A stretch of 55,382 nucleotides of DNA, filler included, from Sphacelaria rigidula (lineage: Eukaryota), in assembly GCA_964200075.2 (NCBI GenBank). It is 5 parts of 5 records of this genome, joined end to end, with 100 filler letters (N's around TTAATTAATTAA, not from the genome) between each part and the next. Parts side by side here need not be neighbours in the genome. Positions count along the whole stretch, not along the records: positions 44,388 to 55,382 come from CAXNAA020005559.1; 4 more parts are not named here. One strand, given 5' to 3'. A model generated the notes under the pieces. That model ran no database searches. It saw only the letters and a program-made list of their open reading frames with translations, and was not told the origin of the DNA. Every line of letters starts with the position of its first letter. Positions within the stretch are counted from its first letter, which is position 1. Positions 49,294-55,382 of this stretch are shown piece by piece. A program made the translations under genes and the position numbers.

Positions 49294-51372
49294 GTGCGGT
49301 TTGGTCGATTTGCTCATGAACTTTGTACGAACATCATGGTGAAGTCCACCGATGAAGGTGTGCAAATATTGAATATCTGAGAAAAACTGACGAGCGTAGA
49401 CAAGTTCAGTCCATTTCACTTGCATTTAAAGTGTTGGGACCGCACAACGATTCTCCGAAACCTCGTGTCCGAGGAGTGTACGTACATAATCATCGTTACA
49501 ACAACAGTAGTACCGACTGACTGGACGGTATCAGAGTGAGACTCTCAAAGCAGATATCTGCCGTGCTTCAGGCAGATGGAACGGAGAGCATCTTGACACA
49601 CTGCCAAAATCGCGTGTTTTTGGAACTAATGTGACAGATACCGCTTTTTTCGCGTGCATATTCAGTGCATCGGTACCGAATAAGACAGTGGGGATGAGAG
49701 AAGGAAGGAGAGATAATGCAGCGTGCATGTTGCGCATTCCCCTCGTGAGTAATTACCCCACCGAGCCCCAAAAATAACGGCCCGCAAAATATCCTCACCA
49801 TCGGCGGGCCTTTTTTTGGTCGTCTCGTTACTAGTCCTGCATCCATTATCAACAACAACTCTCTGGTGCACAGTTTGTTGCGTCTTTTCAAGTGCTCCAG
49901 TAGTTGTTGATCGCATCTTGGCTGTCATTGCTGACCCCAAAGCCGCAGCGGATTGGCACAGCTCTGCAACTCCGTTTGTTGACGTATTTACCTTCCTCTC
50001 TTTGGGTAAAAGGCGTCTGCTTAGTATGTTCGGGGGCGTTGCGCCGTCGTTCATTACGCCAAGAACTGACGGCGAGTTTTTGCGGACGATTTTCGCGCAT
50101 GTGTAACTATGGCAGTTTTAACGCGCCTGTGTACGGAATACATTACAATAGTGGTACGTACAGTATCCAATGAATGTACTTACTGGAATCTCTTTGCTGT
50201 GCTTCGATGTACTACTCTGCACAGCGGCGGTACGTGTACCCGCTACGGCAGCTCTCGGTTATTTTTCGGTGTGCGTCAAGACCGTTCCATAACGGTTTAT
50301 TTTGTTCGGGCAAACACCGTCGCTGTACCGTACTTGACTTCCTTCATCGTACGATTTGCTGCTGTGTTTCCTCGTATCCTGTAATTTCAGAACTGTTTTT
50401 TCATGTACGCTCAGGCATCGTTGCCGCCGAAACCGCGCGTTGGTATGTGACTTGACGGAACGGGAGTCCCCTGTTGAATACTGACTGGCCGTTTATCTTA
50501 CTCATACAGCACCAAAAGCGGTGCTGGCTGTAAATATTCAATACTTCCCACGAAGGATCAATCATATCGAGTACGTTTCACACACACACACACACAACCG
50601 CCAGTCGTTTGTCAACAGTGAACCGCGACATGGCCCTCCTCTGCACGTGCCGACCGTACAAGGCGCGAGAGCAAACTGTACCAGTCAGGTACATGGTCGC
50701 GGGCTGTCTTCGACCCTGTTGAGCTGGGATCTGCTGTAGTCACGGTCCATGGCGTGAAAAATTCCGTGAAAATGCACGATAAACGCCTCCCTCTGTGTGA
50801 TACCCGTTAGCTGCAGCCGTAGCGGCGAGCTGTACAGTAAAGGTCTGCATATATTCCCGCTGTGTTGATGACTCCAATGCAAGAAATCTGAGTCGAGCTA
50901 CACGAAACGTCAGAAAGAACCTGTAACTCAGTACAGTGTTATCTCATTGGGAATGCCATGGGCTTATTTCTTCACAATTCCTCTCAAACCATACCGACAC
51001 GGTACGAGTACTAGAGACAACAGTTGTACTTATCTTCATGTATGTCGGATCGTAAACCAGTGTACTTTCTCCCTGCAGCGGTCATCATGCATTTCTTTTT
51101 TATCGTGGAGCACTTGAAAAGTAATTAGGGTAGGGGTGTAAGTACGTGGCAGGTACCTCGCGATAACCCGTATTTTATCAGTGGAAAGCCCTGAGAAACC
51201 CCGAATCATCTGTGAACGCTGGTGATCTCTTCAAACATTCCAAAGTAAGCGACTGGTGGACGTAAAAAATCAGTCATGACGAGAAAAAACAGAAAACGCG
51301 TTCGAGGAGTCACTTTTTTCATTTATTGTTGTGGTACGCGCTAGGAAAGTCCATGTTGTGACGTTCGGCTAA

Positions 51373-51478
51373 CCCTTGGACCGCGGTGCGGGTAGTCCAT
51401 CCGGATCATGCATACGCTTTTCTTTTAGGTCAACATCGATGCCGATTCAGCAGGTGACCTACCCTCGCGGTCAAAGGA
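51373..51478. mobile_element. piggyBac-like MITE, copy 2
   Basis: Aligns with 10846-10946. TIR CCCTTGGACCGCG / CGCGGTCAAAGGA. Confidence 0.6.
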
Positions 51479-52017
51479 TTGAGGCGTGTTTTTTCAGGGT
51501 CTCAGCAACTTAATACTAGTATTACCACCACGCTTAAGCGCGTCAGGTTTACACCGTGTTTCATTTTTGGCGTCTACCCTTTGTTGTCGTGGACGCGCAC
51601 GGTCGTGTTCACGGTGGTTACCGTGGATGAAGCTTTGTGCTTGCTCAGTCAGTCAATGTTATTCTGTGCTTTTTTCCCGTGTGTCAACGTCCGCGTTTTA
51701 ACTGCACTTTTGTTTCCCTGGGGTCAAAACTTGTACCCCCCCCTCCATCCCCCCTGCTCCTCGGGACGAGTCAGTGGTGTCAATCTTCTGAGGACTTTGC
51801 CTTGTCATTGTGGTGTGGTGGGCACAGCCATCACTTCCACATCGCGTCAACTCTCGTCGAGTGTTCTCTGTTGCTCCTCGCATCCTCACGCCTTTGTCGA
51901 CGGAAACCACCTTTTTTTTTCCCCCCATATCGTCACACACTTTCGACCCTTATCCCTTTCCTCATGACGAGTCCGTGATTTCAAGGGATGTGCCCATTTC
52001 ACCCTCGGCATACTCCT

Positions 52018-52157
52018 TCACACCATGGACCAGAGATTGCATTGTCGGAACATGTACCGCGTATAGTATGGAATCTGTCGTCTTTTGCAGTAGACGCAAC
52101 AGTCCATACTGTACGCAGTACTCTTATTGACCGTGTAATCTTTTGTGCAGGGTATGC
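52018..52157. mobile_element. hairpin MITE, copy 2
   Basis: Aligns with 45652-45786. Confidence 0.75.
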
Positions 52158-52632
52158 ACTCCTTGTGTTTCAGCGTGACGGATTGAGAAAAAACCAGCAC
52201 TCCCGGGCTGCGCCGACTCCATGCCGAATACTTTTACACATACAAATTGAGATGATCATACCGATGATGATAGAGGCATCAACGTAAGAAAACGCGAGAG
52301 CTTTGGTGGCGGCGATGATGGTTTGTATTTCCATCCTTTTTATTTTACCGCATAGCACATTGGTTTATGTACGGCAAACCTGCAACAGCTCGTCTGGTGT
52401 CTCCAGTTACTGTGCGTCTCTGTACCCAGTGATACTGCATCGCTTCCCCATTGTAAGATAAGGGGCAGCTACGCCACCGCATTCATGGGGGTCTTGAGAA
52501 CACCGTTTAATCGGGGTTTGGCCGAGTTGCAGATTAAAGGTCCAGCAGATCCAGTTTTTTTAGGAATGTCTGATTTCCGTCGTTGGGAACGCTACGGAGT
52601 GAAAAACAGCATGCGACTATTCGATGCACTGG

Positions 52633-52877
52633 TAGAGCTTGGAAATGGTTCGCCTAACCATTAACCAGTTAAATGGTTACGCGTTTTCATGCAATTTGAC
52701 TTCAGGGAAGAATACGTTTTAGTTGGGCCAATTTCTAGGGGCTATATGTGGCATATATGTAAATATGTATATATATAATGGTTTGAAACCATTATCCCAA
52801 AATTTCATACAACCATTACCATTATCACCACTACAATGATGATGGTCATTTATAACTGGTACCATTCCCGAGCCCTA
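52633..52877. mobile_element. hAT-like MITE, shorter copy 2
   Basis: TAG...CTA termini; aligns with both ends of 33838-34231. Confidence 0.8.
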
Positions 52878-53510
52878 TGAAATAGTCGATGTGGTGCGGA
52901 AGTGCCGATTCAATCTGCGATATAAGAATGTCGAGCGTTTCCGACTGGCAGTACTGGAGGGAAAATGGATTCGTCCCTTGAGAGGCTGGACTCGTCCTGA
53001 GGAAGGGCAGAGGTGTGGAAGTATGACGGGTAGGGGCGGGGGAGTTGTTAGCAAGTGCGAGAGAGTCGTCAAAAAGAAGAAATCATGAGTCGGCCCTATG
53101 AAGGAGCGGATCAATTGAAACGACGGAGATCCGTACAGTGCCGCATGTTGGTTTTATTTCATTGATTCAATGATAGTCGCACTTTAACTGGGCCCCCAGG
53201 GATCCAGCCATGGTCACACAATAGACGTACCCGAGACAGAACAAAACTGGAACACTCGCTGTGAAAAAAAAAAAGAAAAGAACGGAAAAAAGTAGAACAT
53301 AACAACATAATAGACGTGAGACGTGGAGTGGCTTACGCGGAAAGCTCATGTATGTCCCATAACATACTTTGGTCACTCCCATCAGTTGACGTATGTCTCA
53401 CATAACATACTCGCGTAACCATCGTTTTAATGATTATTGATTACTCTCTCACCTCCATGTATTCACCCCCGCCTTCGCTGCCATCAACACACTTGCAAAA
53501 ACCACGTCAG

Positions 53511-53774
53511 ATCGTGGTGGACGCCAACGAAATGCTCGTGCGCATGACCCATCGAGGGGCATGCGGATGTGAGGAGAACACGGGGGACGGCGCCGGTATC
53601 CTGGTGGCCGTGCCGGATGGTTTCCTGAGGAAGGCGGCGATGGAGGCGGGCATCGGGGAGCTGCCCAAGGCGGGCGAGTACGCGGTGGGCAACATTTTCG
53701 TGCCCAAATTCGATAACGCGGTGCCCGAAGCGAAGGCCATCGTTGAGCGCGTCTGCAAGCAGCGCGGGATGAAG
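53511..53774 (+). CDS. gltB: glutamate synthase large subunit, exon 2
   Basis: tcag|IVVDANEMLVRMTHRGACGCEENTGDGAGILVAVPDGFLR...YAVGNIF...RGMK|gtgagt contains the HRGA and GDGAG motifs and is in phase with exon 1. Confidence 0.95.
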
Positions 53775-54519
53775 GTGAGTGAAGAGGCTGTTTCTCTCGG
53801 TTGGTTGGTTGGTTGATGGTGTTGAAATACTTATTTGTTTGCGTAATATGTATGTGGCGGAAGTTTTGGGTAAGAAGTGTTTGGTCAGGATTATGTTACT
53901 GATGAAGTATTTTTAGGGTGTTTTTTCTCGCTTGTTTTGCTGTTGTTGCTGTTGTTGCCTTCTTCTTTTTTTCTGGTGCTAATGAGCCGTAGATGTCTAC
54001 TCCATCAACTGGTGACGAACCTGTCTTTCAGCACGAATCCTGCACAATCCGAAATAAGAGGAAATTGTGAAATCGTATTTTTCCGGGCGCGGACGTGCCT
54101 TTCCCCGTCAGCCCTTCTTGTACGCTCATGTGCGTCTTGTTTAATAAGTGTGGGTGCGTGTTATTATTATAATCTTGGGACATGTGAGGGGAAAGCATTA
54201 GAACAGAATAGTGTGACTCCGTTACGACGAGTCTCGAAGCGGCCATCGCCGTTGGGCGGGGAGCGCATTGATTTGTGGGATCGGAACGGCCGATAAGGAA
54301 GTTTACGGAATCGCGTGTCTCGCGAGATCACACATGGTATTTTGTAACGAACGCACGAAACGGTTCTGCTCGCTCGCCCTTCAGGTTTTTGATTGACGTG
54401 GAGGCCGTTTTTTTCTTCTTCGTTTTTCTTTCGTCATTATTTAATTTATTTTCGCTTTCCGTAAACATTCATCAACTGCACAGTTGATACATTTTACGTT
54501 TTTCTGTCATTGAACATTA

Positions 54520-54655
54520 GCCGCCGCGCCCCGGTGGTGTAAATGAAAGTGGTCCGATTGTCACCACTAGAGTGAAGAGAACCTGGGTTCAACTCTTACC
54601 AGATGCGTTGGGGGTTTTTCTTCGATATATATGATTTCCACCGTCGAATGTGGGT
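54520..54655 (+). mobile_element. tRNA-derived SINE (family B), copy 2
   Basis: gccgccgcgccccggtggtgtaa...tggtccgattgtc...gggttcaactc...tttttcttcgatatatatgatttccaccgt. Confidence 0.7.
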
Positions 54656-55072
54656 GTACATGAGTAGACTAGAAGTAATTGACGGACTTGGTTTGATAAG
54701 AGTTGATACGGTGCGGGAGTGCTGACCCAATACTTGAGACCAAATTACACAGTTTGTGCCGGGGAGAGATAAATCGATCCCTCGAGACCACGGACTCGTC
54801 CCGAGGAAATGGGGGCGTTCAAAGTGTCACAGAAGCGGCACAAAATCTGTGGGCACCCCCCCCCCTCCCCCCTCCCCCCGCGCCCCGCGCCCCGCGCCCC
54901 GCGCCCCCATTTTCATCATGGGTATAACCTTTTTGGCCGCGTGGAGTTCGAGATATTTCCTGCAAGAACAGTCAGTCGCTCACACAAACTTGATGTATAA
55001 AGTGGTGCGTTGGTATATACACGTGGACTCAAATGAACTGCTTGCCCTGCGATCATTGTGTTCGTGTGTTTT

Positions 55073-55217
55073 CCACACCCTTGACAACGAAACACATCGT
55101 CGAAAAGTGTACTGTGTACAGTATGGCAGTTTTTTATCTAATGCAATACTCAATATAGTCAATACTGCACGCAGTACACTTTTTGGCAGTGTAATCAATC
55201 CATTGTCAAGGGTATGG
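55073..55217. mobile_element. hairpin MITE, copy 3
   Basis: cacacccttgacaa...gtactgtgtacagtat / atactgcacgcagtac...ttgtcaagggtatg. Confidence 0.75.
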
Positions 55218-55382
55218 TATTCTCCTCTTCTTCCCCCCCTCCCCTCTGGGGACGATCGCACCACGTGGTGTTTACATGGTGAGACATCCATGAGGCAGTG
55301 TATAAGCCGTTGCTGTCTCTGAAAGTGGCGATACCAGATAATAAAGCAACTCATTGGAGGCTGTCATCCAAATGCAGGATAA

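Noticed and set aside
54855..54908. (CCCCGCG)n / C-run as a telomere-like or regulatory element
   Set aside because: Short low-complexity intronic tract; not the TTAGGG-type repeat and no other support.

Overview
Eukaryotic, intron-rich, TE-rich DNA, almost certainly a brown alga (Phaeophyceae): it has an EsV-1-7 repeat gene and short GC-rich exons separated by 0.2-4.2 kb introns. The window is not contiguous. It is five near-equal pieces (10,997, 10,997, 10,997, 10,996 and 10,995 nt) joined by identical 100-nt N44-TTAATTAATTAA-N44 linkers, so no synteny should be inferred across them. Piece 1: an intronless six-repeat EsV-1-7 gene, a ~60-bp degenerate tandem array, a possible decayed RLE-type LINE with an (AAT)n tail and a tRNA-derived SINE. 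Piece 2: a decayed gag/CCHC retroelement and a decayed, intron-containing transposase with a Cys8 finger that resembles AcademX, plus foldback elements. Piece 3: five internal exons of OLA1/YchF, with introns filled by TIR elements, one with a perfect 8-bp TSD. Piece 4: the 3' part of a tandem PhoD-like gene whose metal-binding motifs look degenerate, with a probable GC-AG intron. Piece 5: the last two exons of a biotin-protein ligase and the first two exons of a glutamate synthase large subunit with a mitochondrial-type presequence. I found no CRISPR array, rRNA or intact tRNA. Family assignments come from motif recognition by eye, not database searches. The best candidates for novelty are the AcademX-like element, the pseudo-PhoD protein and the EsV-1-7 gene; I cannot demonstrate a wholly new system.
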